Shown: positions 1 through 12,764 of the stretch, piece by piece | Layout: every line of letters starts with the position of its first letter | How positions within the stretch are numbered: the stretch's first letter is position 1 | Origin: Chiloscyllium plagiosum | Lineage: Eukaryota | NCBI RefSeq assembly: GCF_004010195.1 | Contig: NC_057750.1 | Coordinates: 16,684,450 to 16,748,449, forward strand | DNA: 64,000 nucleotides | Direction of reading: 5' to 3' | The notes under the pieces: model-generated | The model's input: only the letters and a program-made list of their open reading frames with translations | Told to the model about the DNA's origin: nothing | Databases searched by the model: none | Program-made: the position numbers and the translations under genes

Positions 1-460
1 CCGGGGCAGTCAGGTTTGTGGATTTTGGGCAGGAGGTAGAAACGGGCGATGCGGGGTTGTGGGACTATGAGGTTGGAAGCCGTGGATGGGAGATCCCCTG
101 GGGTGATGAGGTTATGGATAGTCTGGGAGATGATGGTTTGGTGGTGGGAGGTGGGGTCATGGTCAAGGGGGCAGTAGGAGGAGGTGTCCGCGAGCTGGCG
201 TTTAGCCTCAGCAGTGTAAAGGTCGGTGCGCCAATCTACTACCGCGCCTCCCTTGTCTGCTGGTTTAAGAGTGAGGTTGGGGTTGGAACGGAGGGAGTGG
301 AGGGATGAACGTTCTGAGGGTGAGAGGTTGGAGTGGGTGAGAGGGGTGGAGAAGTTGAGGCGGTTAATGTCGCGGCGGCAGTTGGCTATGATGAGATCGA
401 GGACGGGTATGAGGCCAGCACGGGGTGTCCAGGTGGACACCCCGGGGTATCCTGCTTGAT
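1..460 (-). mobile_element. Penelope-like element (Neptune-type) RT N-terminal fragment
   Basis: Minus strand translates as ...GGAVVDWRTDLYTAEAKRQLADTSSYCPLDHDPTSHHQTIISQTI...PQPRIARFYLLPKIHKPDCP, matching the PLE RT 'DKGGAVVV...FYLLPKIHK' motifs. It runs off the window start. Confidence 0.85.
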
Positions 461-789
461 GGTAATGGTAGCATGAGGGAATGTGTCTGGCCATGAGGTG
501 GCAGATTGTGGTTGATGGGGGCCCACAGTGCCTCTTAGATGCCCAGTCTGAGTTGCTAGATCTGTCCTGAATCTATTCCCATTATCACACTGGGAATGCC
601 ATCTAACCCAATGGAAGGTGACTTCAATGTGAAGGCATTCCCAGTAATCCCCACCAATAGAGTAGTCCTGAGGAGATATTCTGGTAATGACTTGGTCCCA
701 TCGGATGCGAAGGTTTGATGATCTTGTGCAGAAATATTTATCAAGCCCTGACTGACTCCTGATATATCCTGCCAAACATCAGTGAGTCA

Positions 790-965
790 AAGAAACAGGC
801 CATTTGGCCCAACAAGTCCACACCAACCCTCCAAGGAGAAACCACCCAGACCCATTCCCCAACCCAATCACTCTATATCCACTGGCTAATGCAGCTAGCC
901 TACACATCCCTGAACACTATGGACAATTTATCATGGCCAATCCACCTAACCTGTATGTCTTTGAT
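790..965 (-). mobile_element. HE1-like SINE, 3' fragment
   Basis: Matches the 3' half of the complete copies at 6597-6910 and 44530-44845 (gaaacaggccatttggcccaacaagtccacacc...ggccaatccacctaacctg). Confidence 0.75.
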
Positions 966-1108
966 TCGGAGATGCTGGTGTTGGACTGGGGTGGACAAAG
1001 TTAAAAAATCACACAATACCGGGTTATAGTCCAACAGGTTTATTTGGAAGCACTAGCTTTTGGAGTGTCGCTCCTTCACTGACACAACCACCTGATGAAG
1101 GAGTAGCG
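966..1108 (-). mobile_element. PLE 3' repeat (family B) with short inverted segment; degenerate hammerheads
   Basis: Same sequence as 33185-33275. It is followed by an inverted cacaaccacctgatgaaggag at ~1083-1103. GAAA is mutated on the minus copy and the plus copy is truncated. Confidence 0.7.
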
Positions 1109-2114
1109 GAGGGTTTACAGGTGAGGGAGTGACAGGTGGAAGAGTGATACGTCAGGTGAGGGAGTCATAGCTCTCCCTGCACCTTTTACCCTCCCTTCCA
1201 AAACGTCTCCCCTCCAAGGCATTCGTTTCAAGATCTAATTAGAGCAGTCTGATGCTACAATCAAAGGTGCTCCCAACTCATCCGTCATATGATAGTTACC
1301 ACTTTAACAGTATAATGTGATCAGCAAACATCTCGCAGGAAAGGAGTCAATCGGAAACTGCAAACAGATCCCCTTTCTCTCTGAGACTGTTCTCAGGGGA
1401 GCCGCTGAAAAGTGTTTTCTTTGGCTGGTGAGAAACTGGGACTGCTGTTCTTTTTTCAGATTGTTCAAACACACCTAACACCAGAGTAAATAAATAGAGG
1501 TTTTCTTGGCAAACAGTAAGCAAAGGATTAAAGAGCAGTCACTCCATCCTGCAGAATGTAAGACCTTTCATAAAGAAAGAAAGTCCTCCATGGGTTGTGT
1601 TGAGACTGACAACAGGACACATAGAAAACAGAATGAAGTAGTCAGTGAGAACACTCAAACTCTGTCTTCTTTCAGAGAAGCACCCAAAGTTGGCTGGGTT
1701 AGTAGTGAATAGGCCTCAGTCTACTTCGAGCTTGCTGTCCCTGAAAAGGCTATAATGAGGGAGAGGACATTGCTCAACTCCTTCGGGGAAATGTCTTTCC
1801 CAAGCAGATCTGAAAAGAGGTGCAGTAGGTTCTTTTTGCCAATGGTTGGCAGACTTTAGGAAGTCAGGATTGCTAGCCTCTGATCTGCTCAGAGTATTTA
1901 CATTTCCAGTTCAGTTTCCAGTCAATGGTAACCCTCCGGAAGTTGATACAGGGGATTTAGTAATAGTATCGCAATTGAGTGTCAGAGGGATACGATTGTT
2001 GAGGATGATCGCTGCCTGGCACTTTGGGGAATAAATGTTACTTGCCACTTATCAGCCTTAAGAACAATATGGCCACAGCTTGCTGCATTTGGACACAGGT
2101 TGCTTCAGTATATG

Positions 2115-2425
2115 AGCCCCACAGAGCCAGGAACCTGGGTTCAATTCCAACCTCGGGCAACTGTCTGTGTGGGGTTTGCACATTCTCCCTGTGGCTGCGT
2201 GGGTTTCCTCCGGGTGCTCCAGTTTCCTCCCACAGTCCAAAGATGTGCTGATCAGGTGGACTAGCCAATCTAAATTGTCCCTAGTGTTCAGGGATCTGTA
2301 GATTAGGTGTGTTAGCCTTGGGAAATGCACGGTTACGGGGAAAAGGGCAAGGGATTAAGTCTGAGTGGGTTACTCTTCAGAGGGTCAGTGTGGACTTGTT
2401 GGGCCAAACAGCCTGTTTGCATTCT
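2115..2425 (+). mobile_element. HE1-like tRNA-derived V-SINE
   Basis: B-box-like gggttcaattcc, central gggtttcctccgggtgctccagtttcctcccacagtccaaagatgtgc, and a CR1-like tail. Confidence 0.85.
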
Positions 2426-2789
2426 AAAGTGTTGTGAAAATGAGGAACTGTGAATGCTGCTTAAAATTGTGCAATCATCAGCAAACATCCTGACTTCTGA
2501 ATTTATGGTCAAGGTAAGGCCACTTATGAAGCAGCTGAGATGATTGGGCCTAGGATGTTACCCTGAGGAACTCCTAAGGAGATGTTGTGGAACTGGGATG
2601 ATTGACTTAGAACAATCACAACCATCTTCCTGAGTACTAGGTATGTTGTAAACCAATTAAAGGTTTTCTCCCACTACCCACTGATTCCAATTTTAAGAGC
2701 TCCTTATGTTATACTATGTCGAATGTTGCTTTGATTTCAAGTCACCCTCCCCCAATATCTGGATTTCAGCTCAAGGTTTTAATTTCATT

Positions 2790-3125
2790 GAATCCCTCGA
2801 GCGTGGAAACAGGCCATTCAGCCCAACAAGTCCACACTGACCCTTGGAAGAGCACTCCACCCAGATCCATGCCCCTATGTTATTACTTTACATTCCCCCT
2901 GACTGATGCACCTAAGCTACACATCACTGAACATTATGGGCAATTTCCCATGGCCAATTCACCAAACCTGTACATCTTTGGACTGTGGAGAAAATAGGAG
3001 CACCCGGAGGAAACCCACACAGACACGGGCAAACTCCACACAGGCAGTTGCCCTAGGCTGTTGTTGAACCTGGGTCCCTGGCGCAGTGAGGCAGCAGTGC
3101 CAACCACTGAGCCACTGTGCCACCC
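2790..3125 (-). mobile_element. HE1-like SINE
   Basis: Reverse complement of head gggtggcacagtggctcagtggttggcactgctgcctcac plus the conserved core. Confidence 0.85.
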
Positions 3126-3244
3126 ATTGAGCCACCCTTCTGTCCATAAGAATATTACTTGCATGTCTGGATTAACAGTCCAGCAATAATACTACTAACC
3201 CATTGTCACTGGAACCCAGGCCAAACACTAATGACCTGGTACAA

Positions 3245-4010
3245 TGGCAAATTACTGTGGATGTTGAAAATTTGAAACAAACACAGAGAATGCTGGAGAA
3301 ACTGAGCAGCTCTAGCAGCATCTCTACAAAGAGAAACAGAACTAACGTTTCGAGTCTGATATGACTTCTTCAGAAGTGAAAGGTGTTGGAAAATAGTTAT
3401 TTTTAAGACTTTTGACACAGACAGAAGAGGAGCAAGAGAGTAAATGGTGTAGCAGCATAATGCAAAAGAGAAAGGGACTGTTAATAGCGGAGAAAAGAAA
3501 AAAGATGTAAAGAGAATGTAAATTAAGGTGTGAAAGGAAGAGAATGCACTAAGTGTAAAGTAGACAAGAGTCACATGACACAGCTGTGGGGAAATGGAGA
3601 GAGAATAAAGAAAAATTGAAAACTGACATAAAATGGTCAGTTTCAGGCCTCAAGGCTGTAGAATACCTAAGCAGAAAATTGGTCTTGCTCCTTAAGTCTG
3701 CGTTGTGCTTCGTTGGAGCACTGCAGCAGACACAGGACAGAAATGTTAGCATGAAAATAAGGTGGTGTATCAAAATAACAAGCAACTGGGCAGTCGGGGT
3801 CATTCCTACAGAGAGAAGGGAGGTGTTCCGCGAGATAGGGACCTGGTGTGTGTTTGGTCTCGCCAATGTAAAGGAGACCGCATTGTAAGCAGTGAATGCA
3901 GTAGACTAGATTGAGAGACGTACAAGTACACAGTATGTTTGGGGCTTTGGACAGTGAACAGGGAGGAGCTGAATGGGTAAATGTTACACCTCCTGCAATT
4001 ACATGGGGAG
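3245..4010 (-). mobile_element. Neptune-type PLE 3' end: degenerate GIY-YIG endonuclease plus 3' repeat (family C)
   Basis: Minus strand ~3930-3650 reads CTCTSLNLVYCIHCLQCGLLYIGETKH...AEHL...PVACYF (LVY..YIG motif). The downstream repeat carries an HHR-like motif. Confidence 0.75.
3341..3376 (-). ncRNA. Hammerhead ribozyme-like motif (family C)
   Basis: Minus strand ctt-CTGAAGA-agtc-atatca-gact-c-GAAA-CGTT-agt. Core boxes are intact, stem II is AGTC/GACT and stem I is weak. Confidence 0.55.
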
Positions 4011-4479
4011 GTGAGTTGGTTACTGCAATTTAAGTGCTGCTTGGTAATAATTCCGATGACCCTCTCCGTCACTTCATTGATGATCGAGAGAACGACAAAG
4101 ACTAATTGTCTGGCTTGAATAGGTCCTGCTTTTCGGACAGGACATTTTGGAGCAATTTTCCACATATTTGGCATATTTTTCCACATTGTTGATTGCATGC
4201 CAGTTTTGTAGCTGTACTGGAGCAGCCTGGCTAGGATCACACAAGTTCTGTTTCTGGAGCCCAAGTTTTCAATATTATTGTTGGAATGTTGTTGTGCCCT
4301 TTGTCGTATCCAGTGTCTCCGGCCAGTTTTTGATATGATGTGAAGTGAAATAAATTATTTGAAGACTGGCATCTGTGATATTGGGGACTTCAGGAGGAGA
4401 CAAATTGATCATCCATTTTGCACTTCTGGCTGAATACACAAATGCTTCAGCCTTAACTATTATTCTGAAGTTCCAGGTT

Positions 4480-4795
4480 GACACTCATGCCATGTTGAGG
4501 GAGTGTGTCACTGTCAGAGTGTGCTGTCTTTCAGATATGATACTGTACACACTCAGGTATGTATAAATTCTAACATACTGTACTGAAGAAGAGCAGGAGA
4601 AATCCCTTTGATGCCTTGGGTTATTTTGCATTCCTCAACCAAATCATCAAAGTAGATCAATCATTGATCAAATTTATTGTATTTGGTAGTATTATGTTGG
4701 AATTGGTTTTGTGTTTCCTACAGGGCTATAGGTCAAAGGATACTCCATTGGCAGTAAAGACTTGGTGAGGTTATGGAAGTGCTATATAAATGCAC
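4480..4795 (+). mobile_element. Old Deu-domain-like SINE remnant
   Basis: gctgtctttcagat...gaagaagagcagg... with an L2-like tail gtgctatataaatgca. Resembles 35790-36100 and is highly diverged. Confidence 0.5.
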
Positions 4796-5009
4796 ATTCC
4801 TTATGTCTCACTGCAAACATTGGCTGGAATTAACAAACTTGCTGTAGACCGGAGATCAAGACTGGGGCATTCCTCAATGCCACATCAGGAAGTACCAAAC
4901 CACAATGGCTCATTCACACATTATCTATATTAAGATCCCCAGTTAAGTAGGTGGGAGTAGAGCCTATTAAAAAAACTCCACTCGGACTTTCTCACAATAC
5001 AATGGAGTC

Positions 5010-5672
5010 TTAAACTCATACAGACCCTTTGCTCCAACTTGTCCATGGTGACCAGACATCCCATTCTGATCTAGTCCCAGTATTTTGCCCATATCCCTCT
5101 AAACCTTTCCCATTCATATACACATCCAGATGCCTTTTAAATGTTTTTCAGAGGAACCTTGATTATCCAGCACTCAATAATCTGAATTTCGGATTATCTG
5201 AACAAGATCACAAGATCCTGATACTTGCCTAAACTATGCTGTGCAGCATTTGATTATCTGACATTCAATTAACCAAACAAAATACTGCCCACCCATGTCC
5301 TTTGGATAATCAAGGTTCCTCTAATTGTACCAGCCTCCACCACTTCCTCTGGCAGCTCGTTCCTTATACACACTATCCTCTGTGTGAAAAGGTTGCCCCT
5401 CAGGTCCTTCTTAAATCTTTCCCCTCTCACCTTAAACGTATGTCCTCTATTTTGGATTCTCCCGCCCAACGAAAAAGACTTTGGCTATTTACCCTTTCCA
5501 TGCCCTTCATGATTTTATAAACTTCTGTAAGATCATCTTCAGCTTCTGACACTCCAGGGAAAACAGCTCCAGCCTATTCAGTGGTCTTTCTATAGCTCAA
5601 ACCCTCCAGACCTGGCAACACCCTTGTAAATATTTTCGGCACCCTCTCAAGTTTAACAACGTCTTTCCAAAA
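5010..5672 (-). mobile_element. CR1/HER1 LINE 3' fragment interrupted by a MITE
   Basis: Minus ORFs KDVVKLERVPKIFTRVLPGLEGLSY and RGHTFKVRGERFKKDLRGNLFTQR...RNELPEEVVEAGT are typical of the CR1 ORF2 C-terminus. Confidence 0.9.
5149..5323. mobile_element. MITE with 20-bp perfect terminal inverted repeats (Tc1/pogo-like)
   Basis: agaggaaccttgattatcca (5150-5169) is the exact reverse complement of tggataatcaaggttcctct (5303-5322). It interrupts otherwise colinear CR1 sequence. Confidence 0.8.
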
Positions 5673-5697
5673 ATAATTGGACATCTTAATTGTTAAG

Positions 5698-6198
5698 GTC
5701 GAAATGTGTGGTGCTGGAAAAGTATAGCAGGTCAGGCAGCATCCGAGGAGCAGGAGAGTTAACGAGTTGGGCATAAGCCCTTCATCAGGAATGTGGAGGN
5801 NNNNNNNNNNNNNNNNNNNNNNNNNNNNNNNNNNNNNNNNNNNNNNNNNNNNNNNNNNNNNNNNNNNNNNNNNNNNNNNNNNNNNNNNNNNNNNNNNNNN
5901 NNNNNNNNNNNNNNNNNNNNNNNNNNNNNNNNNNNNNNNNNNNNNNNNNNNNNNNNNNNNNNNNNNNNNNNNNNNNACCCCTCACCTGCATCCCCCTGTC
6001 ACCTTCTTGGCTACCTTTCCCAAAACCCACCCCCACCCCCTCTATTTATCTCTCATCCCCTCTCCACATTCCTGATGAAGGGCTTATGCCTGAAACGTTG
6101 ACTCTCTTGCTCCTCAGATGCTGCCTGACCTGCAGTGCTTTTCCAGCATCACTCTTTTTGACTCTGACTCTCCAGCATCTGCAGTCCTCACTTTCTCC
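5698..6198. mobile_element. Fold-back PLE-derived element (family A) with TSD
   Basis: Inverted arms surround a gap. Flanks catcttaattgttaag (5682-5697) and catcttcactgttaag (6199-6214). Plus-strand HHR ttcCTGATGAagggcttatgcctGAAACGTT at ~6069-6099. Confidence 0.8.
5800..5976. other. Assembly gap (N run)
   Basis: Run of n characters. Confidence 1.
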
Positions 6199-6373
6199 CA
6201 TCTTCACTGTTAAGTAAGCAAAGTGACTGAGTCAGACTGAGCCTCTGAAACATGAAGCAGCAGATAGCAGATTTCAGATTCCACTGAATTTTAGTTGGCA
6301 AGATCTTCAGGCAAGATCAAAGCCCAGTTGAATTCAACAGTTTTCAACATGAACCAACTATTCACTGATAAAC

Positions 6374-7705
6374 TGTCATGATGGATGAGGTATGTAGCTT
6401 CCTTTCTTAATCCTGTTGACTAAAGTTCCCCAAAAGAATTGGTCAGAATTTCTCAACCGATAGAACTAATTTAGAATGCTGTGGTTTTAACTTTCATTCG
6501 ATGATTTGTTCCAGACTAGAACTTTGACACAATACTGCAGATGCTACAGTGTTGTTAGTGTTATTCTGCTGAAGGGTATATAATACATATTATGATCAGA
6601 TTAGATTACTTACAGTGTGGAAACAGGCCCTTCGGCCCCACAAGTCCACACCGACCCGCCGAAGCGCAACCCACCCATACCTCTATATTTATCCCTTTAA
6701 CCTAACACTATGGGCAATTTAGCATGGCCAATTCACCTGACCTGCACATCTTTGGACTGTGGGAGGAAACCGGAGCACCCGGAGGAAACCCACACAGACA
6801 CGGGGAGAATGTGCAAACTCCACACAGTCAGTCACCTGGGTCGGGAATTGAACGCGGGTCTCTGGCGCTGTGAGGCAGCAGTGCTAACCACTGTGCCACC
6901 GTGCCGCCCACTGTTTTGGGATTTGGATTTCAAAATGGATGCAGATGGATCTGGCTCATTTCTGTGAAGGTAGCTTTTTTAAACAGGGCAGCGTGTCATT
7001 TGAAACAGCAACCTCAGTGTATCAATTTCAAGCAAACATTTGACTTCAGCAACCAGAAAACCATTAGCTTAGTTTCAACTTCAGACTAGAAGGTTCAAGG
7101 TCTCAGTTCAGAAGAGTCAAAAGTTTAACTCAGAAGGGAGAAAGGTTTCTCCTAACAGGAAAATCACGTTTTAATTCACGGGAACCAGTCACCATTGCCA
7201 GCATATTTCAGTTTCTGAAGTTTCCAAGCCAGGAGAGTTTGGACAGAAATCTTCAAGTTGTTAGAAATGAAATTATCTAGGCTGTCAGAATCATGGAAGT
7301 TTCATGCCAGTGAACTCAGGAAGGAGTTTTAAATTGTCTCCAGGGTCCGAGACATAAGACTGGAAGGAGTCAGTTAAGTAGAAACTTAAAGGGTTGAGAT
7401 AGGAGCAAAGTTTCACTGGAATATTTGTAGTGAAAGTATTTGTGAAAGAGTAGTGTTAGGGAACAGGTTGAAACATTAGTTTTTTTTTGACTGTGTTAAG
7501 TTCTTTTCATCACATATATAGCTCGTTTTTCTTTTGCATTATAAGCTTCCATTCTGTTGTTAAAGAACATCAGCTGCCTTGTGAATACATTTCAGTGACT
7601 GGTGCCACAATAAATAAATGCAAAAATTACATATATGATCTATAAAGCCAGGTTTTATTTTGGAATCTAAGTTGTCCAGTATTACTATCAGCTAGAATCA
7701 TAACA
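6374..7705 (+). mobile_element. Possible solo LTR containing an HE1 SINE
   Basis: Begins tgtcatgat and ends atcataaca (TG...CA, short imperfect inverted termini), with AATAAA near 7608. No TSD seen. Confidence 0.35.
6597..6910 (-). mobile_element. Full-length young HE1-like SINE
   Basis: Minus strand gggcggcacggtggcacagtggttagcactgctgcctcacagcgccagagacccgcgttcaattccc (A/B boxes), the V-domain-like core, and tail gcctgtttccacactgtaagtaatctaatct. CpGs are retained. Confidence 0.92.
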
Positions 7706-9439
7706 CATTGTTGAGCTGTTACCTTAAGAATCACAGTATTATTACAGGGCAGAAGGAGGCCATTTGTCCCATCATACCTGCACCAGTTCTATTATTTAGT
7801 CTGTCTCTGTTATCTACTTCCAATTTCCTGCCTTTCCCCCATACCATTACTATCCAAAAGCCCATCTAATGCCCCTTGACTATTGAATTGAACTTGTCTC
7901 CACCGCATTACCAGGCAGTGCATTCCATGCCTTTACAACTCGTTGAGTAAAAATGTTTTTTCTCACAGAATCTATCTATCCATGTGGGTGGATGCTAAAG
8001 ATCCCAAATTAAGAAGTCCCCCCAAGCTGTCTTATGCAATATTTCTCCCTCAACCAGTTCCACCAAAGAACAGAATAACTAGCCATTCATTTGTGGGATC
8101 CTTCTCTTTACAAAGTGGTTACTTGTGTTGAATAATAGTGACTGCTATCCTGACTAATTCACATCTGTGAAGTGTTTTGGGATAGTGATAAGTTATCCTT
8201 TTCAAAACAATATTTTCATGAATTAATTTCCTTTCCCTCTCAAGACTGTGTGTTAATGTTGAAAAGAATCGTTTTTGTAGTTATGTTGCTGATGTGCCTT
8301 TGACTGGTTAATCAAGGCTGCAAAGAGTACCCATAGTATACTTGTTTGCCAACATCCTCATTGCTTGGATTACGTCCATTGATCCCAGTGGCTACTTGCC
8401 TAAGATACCAACTGCATTGTGGCTTTTAAAGATAACATACACTTCAGATATTGCCTTCAGGCCAAAGCAAGGACAAAGCTGCTATCACCAACCAAACAAC
8501 ACTGGGTTTTTGTACTTCACACATTCTGAGTGGATGCAGGCAGCAGTTTAACTGCTCTGTTGTGTTACTTGACAGTGGGCCAGTCCTTCTATGCCAGTGG
8601 GCCAAAGTTGCTTCATGAACTGGGAAGTCTGCTTCCAGAGATAGCCATGATCCCCAGCAGGAATGTGCACAGCATAATCTTGGTTAAAAAGAGCAAGAAG
8701 ACTACATCTGTAAGAAATGTACTGACAGCCTGAGAAATGTTTCATTGGCTACCAGACATGGCCAGCAACTCAAGCGCCAATTTCATCCTGGCATTCACAA
8801 CGCAGCATTCTGAGCCACTTTCTCGAAGTGTCACTAACCCAATGCCTAGTCTAACTTCTCAGGGGGATGTAGAAGTCCCAAAGTACATTTCAAGAAGAGC
8901 TCGGGAAGATTTTGCCAATAATTATTGGCTCTGCAATGTCACTGAAAGATGTGCTCGTTATCGTATTACTGTATGTGCAAGGACCTTGCTGTACGTACAC
9001 CAGTTGTACATAAATGTTGCTACCATTAATGTGTCTACACTTCAATCGTTCTTCATTGATTGAGATTTTCAAAGGAATTTGGAAGAAACTTCTTTACCCA
9101 GAGATTGGTGAGAGTGTGGAACTCGCGCCGACAGGCAGCAATTGAAGTGAAGGGTAGCAATGAATTTACAACTGGAAGGGCATATGGGGAGAAGGTGGTG
9201 GGGAATAATGCTGTCCCGGTTAGATGAGAGAGTGAAGCAGGAGCAATGTTGTGCACTGTGTGTTAAGGTTAGATGGGAAAATGTGGAAAGCTAGTAACCT
9301 GTGTCTTTTGTTGATTGCTGATTTTCATCATTGTCTTGGATTGCAAAATGATTTATTAGCACTGGGAGCCGGAGATATCTCTAAATGAGATGAACTCCAA
9401 TCTTTGGAAAGCAGAGTTTATTGTTAAACAATATCAACT

Positions 9440-9685
9440 GGATTCATACTTCCCATCGACCAACCAGGTTGTACCCTCCACCTGTGTTCACCTATCCCTA
9501 CCTCACCACCCTGCCCCCCCCCCACCCCAATATCTGCAGCTCCCCTTACACATACCCCCAATCCTGAAGAAGTGATATACCCGAAATGTTGACTTCTGCA
9601 CCTCCTGACGCTGCTTGCTGTGTTCTTCCAGTCTCCTACCTGTCTATTTTGGATCCCAGCATCTGCAATTTCTTTGTCTCTAAAC
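9440..9685 (+). mobile_element. PLE 3' repeat related to family A, with degenerate HHR
   Basis: cCTGAAGAagtgatatacccGAAATGTTgac (~9563-9593), followed by gctgcttgctgtgttcttccag...ccagcatctgca. Confidence 0.55.
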
Positions 9686-9904
9686 AATGCCAAGAGCAAA
9701 TAGCTGCTTTTGTGATGTTGGTTTTCAAATTCTTGCAGCATCCAACAACTGTGAGTAAGGAACCCTTTGTAAAAAATGATTTCTTCCCACATACAATTAC
9801 GGCAAAGTCGCAGCAAAGTGCTCACAGTGTTTTAGTAGGAGCCAGCAGCAACTAATTCTCATGTTTAGCCTCTAGGACTTGGCTCATGAAAAATTTGGAA
9901 ATAA

Positions 9905-11230
9905 AGACACATAGGAACGGGAGTAGGCCGTTCAGCCCATCATACTTGTTCCTCCATTCAGTGGCTGATCAGTGGCCTAACTCCACATGCCTGCCTTTGG
10001 CCTCTATCCTTTAATACTTTTGCTTAGTGGTCATTTATGTATCTATCTCAGATATAAAATTAACAACTGATCTTGCATCCACTGTTATTTGTGGAGGAGA
10101 GTTCCAAACATCCACCACCCTTTGTGTGTAGAAATACTTCCTAACATCTCTCCTGAATGGTCTGGGTCTAATTCTCAGACTGTGCCACCTGGTTCTAGAC
10201 TCCCTTATCAGTGGAAATAGTTTATCTAATTCTACCCTGTCTTTTCTTGTTAATATCTTGAAGACCTGAAGACGTAACCATCTAAATTATAGACAGAACA
10301 GGCCTAATCTGTCCTCATAATTTAACATTTGCCATCCAGATATCATTCTGTCAACCTGTGTTGTACTCCCTCCAAGTCCAACATGTCCTTCCTAAAGTAT
10401 GGTGCCCAGATCTGCTTCCAGTATTCTAATGGGGTCTAGCTAGGGTTTTGTATAACTGCAGCATAACATCTGCATCCTTATACTCCAATCCTCTAGATAT
10501 AAAGGCTTTCATAATTATTTTCTGCCCTATTTGTGACCTGAACCCCCAAGTCTCTTTGGACATTCACTGTATTGAACTTCATACCATCTAGAAAGTACCC
10601 AGATCTATCTTTTACCAGTCCAAAATAGATAACCTCACACTTGCTTACATTTAACTCCATTTGCCACAGCTTCCCCTCTTCATTTAGTCTATCAATATCT
10701 CTTTGTAATTTTATGTTGTTGCCTCCTATCTTTGTACCATCAGCAAATTTGGATGTATGATTTTCTATGCCATTATCCAAGACACTAGTAAATATTGTGA
10801 ATAATTGAACCTCTACTATAGATCCTTGTGGAAAACTACTGATCACATCCTACCAATTTGAGTACCTACCGATTATCTGTACTTTCTGTCATCTGCCATT
10901 CAACCAAGCTCCCAGCCATCAGAAATTTACCCGCAATTCCATGGGTTTCTACTTCAGTTAATCGTCTCTTATGTGGAACTTTATCAGATGTCTTCTGGAA
11001 GTCCATATAAGCAACTTCCATAAAAATTCCCTGTCGATTACCTTAGTTACCTCCTCAAAAAATTCACTTTGCCAGGGATGACCGACTCATCATGAATCCA
11101 CTCCTTAATGAACTGAAAATTTTCAAGTGCTCAGTTACCCCATCCGTGAATGTAAGAGTCCAACAATTTCTCTATCACACATATCAGGCTAGCAGCTCTG
11201 CATTTCCCTGGTTTTCCTCTTTTGTCCTTC
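9905..11230 (-). mobile_element. Old CR1 LINE ORF2 and 3' fragment
   Basis: ORF 10493-10846 reads PQGSI..QLFTIF..LDNGIENHTSKFADGTKIGG..LQRDIDRL..LWQMELNVSKCEV (RT domains 4-7). Confidence 0.85.
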
Positions 11231-11429
11231 TGGAAACTGGAGGCACAAGAGTAACCGGGGCTAATGGTAGCTGCTGAGGGCAGCGCTAATATCAAAGCAC
11301 AGGACTTGATGCAGGGCAAATCTCAGCAATTGGGTTAGAAGGACATACTTGCATTGGTCTTGCATTTTTCATGACCTTAGGAAGTCTCAAGGTGCTCGTG
11401 AAAGGACTTTGAAGTCCATTGTCTACTGT

Positions 11430-12072
11430 GTCCACTGCTGCCTCAGAGCGCCAGGGACCTGGGTTTGATTCCAGCTTCAGGCGGCTATCTATGTGGAGTT
11501 TGCACATTCTCCCTGTATCTGCGTGGATTTTCTCTGGGTGCTCCGGTTTCCTCCCACTGTTGAAAGATGTGCAGGTTGGTTGCAGTGGCAATACTAAGTT
11601 TCCCATAGTTGAGAGCGTGGTACTGGAAAAGCACAGCAGGTCAGGCAGCATCTGAGGAGCAGGAGAATTGACATTTCAAGCATAAGCCCTTCATCGGGAA
11701 TGAGGAATATTGTGAATAACTGAACCACTGGTATAGACCCTTGTGAGAAACTACTGATCACATCCTATCAATTTGAGTACTTTGAAGTACTTGAGTATGT
11801 CCTCATTCCTGATTAAGAGCTTATGCCCGAAACGTTGATTCTCCTGCTCCTCGGATGCTGCCTGACCTGCTGTGCTTTTCCAGCAACACACTCTCAAGCC
11901 CTCACTTTCTCCTAAGTTTCCCATAGTGTCCAGGAGTGTGCAGGCTAGGTGGAAAGGATGGGAAATGCGGGGTTACAGGATAAGGTAGGGGGTGGATCTG
12001 GGTGGGATGCCCTTTGAAGGGTCAATGTTGACTCATTGGGCTGAAGGGCTTGCTTCCGCATTGTATGGATTC
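11430..12072 (+). mobile_element. HE1-like SINE split by a fold-back insertion
   Basis: SINE head and core at 11430-11609 resume at 11912 and run to tail gcttccgcattgtatggattct. Confidence 0.8.
11610..11911. mobile_element. Fold-back PLE-derived element (family A) with 16-bp TSD and captured spacer
   Basis: ctaagtttcccatagt occurs at 11594-11609 and 11912-11927. Inverted arms lie at 11610-11705 and 11801-11895, and both HHR copies are mutated. Confidence 0.85.
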
Positions 12073-12764
12073 TATTTTATAATGGAATGAATGTGGTGAG
12101 GATTATTGAAGGAGGAAGATTGGGGAGAGTTCGACAGAAAGGCTTCAGGATAGTTAAATTTGAAGATGGTAAGTGCATGAAGATGAAATCTTTCACATCC
12201 TCAGGATGTTCTAAAGTGCACAGTAAGATCCCACACAGTACACTGGAATAAATGACCAGTTCTTCTGCTTTGATAGTGTTAATTGAGGGATGAAGGTTGG
12301 TGCTGGCACCACTTCAAAATCAAAAACTACATTTTATGTTATCAATCAAGGCAGACAAAGCCTCCACTTAATGTCCGATCCAAAGAGAGGCATCTATCCT
12401 TCAATATTGATTGGGATTGAGTTGCCTTAATTTTCTGCTGAAGAGATGAAGGTACGACTGATGATCTGACTGACATTGGAAGATGATGTGAGCACCATCT
12501 GGGCTGATACTATAGAAATCAAAGAACAATTCAACCAGTTTGTAAGAAAGTAAGCATAGCCTTTCACTTGTACATCACTGGTGTGGGATTTGAACAAACA
12601 ACTGGGTGGGAGACAGCTATATTTGCAACAGTGAGCTTCCAATATCTGACCCAAATGCACATGATTAATTTGTGATCCTTAAACAGTATTAAAAAACTGA
12701 AACAAATCTCCTAGCTGCCTTCAGCACAGTCCTCATCCAATGCTCAATCACTCGTATTAGCAGG

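Noticed and set aside
1200..1830. Possible LTR fragment or exon (ORF 1506-1712)
   Set aside because: No termini, TSD, splice pair or protein similarity that I can support.
6710..6967. Recurrent peptide CGRKPEHPEETHTDTGRMCKLHT as a possible gene family
   Set aside because: It is the antisense reading of the HE1 SINE core, not a protein.
8340..9060. Cluster of short ORFs in apparently unique sequence (including a DYICKKC motif)
   Set aside because: No continuous frame, splice structure or recognisable domain.
12401..12509. Minus-strand acceptor followed by WD40-like ISPDGAHIIFQCQSDHQSYLHLFS
   Set aside because: There is no convincing donor, the frame soon stops, and the segment sits inside an old SINE remnant. 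The resemblance is probably chance.
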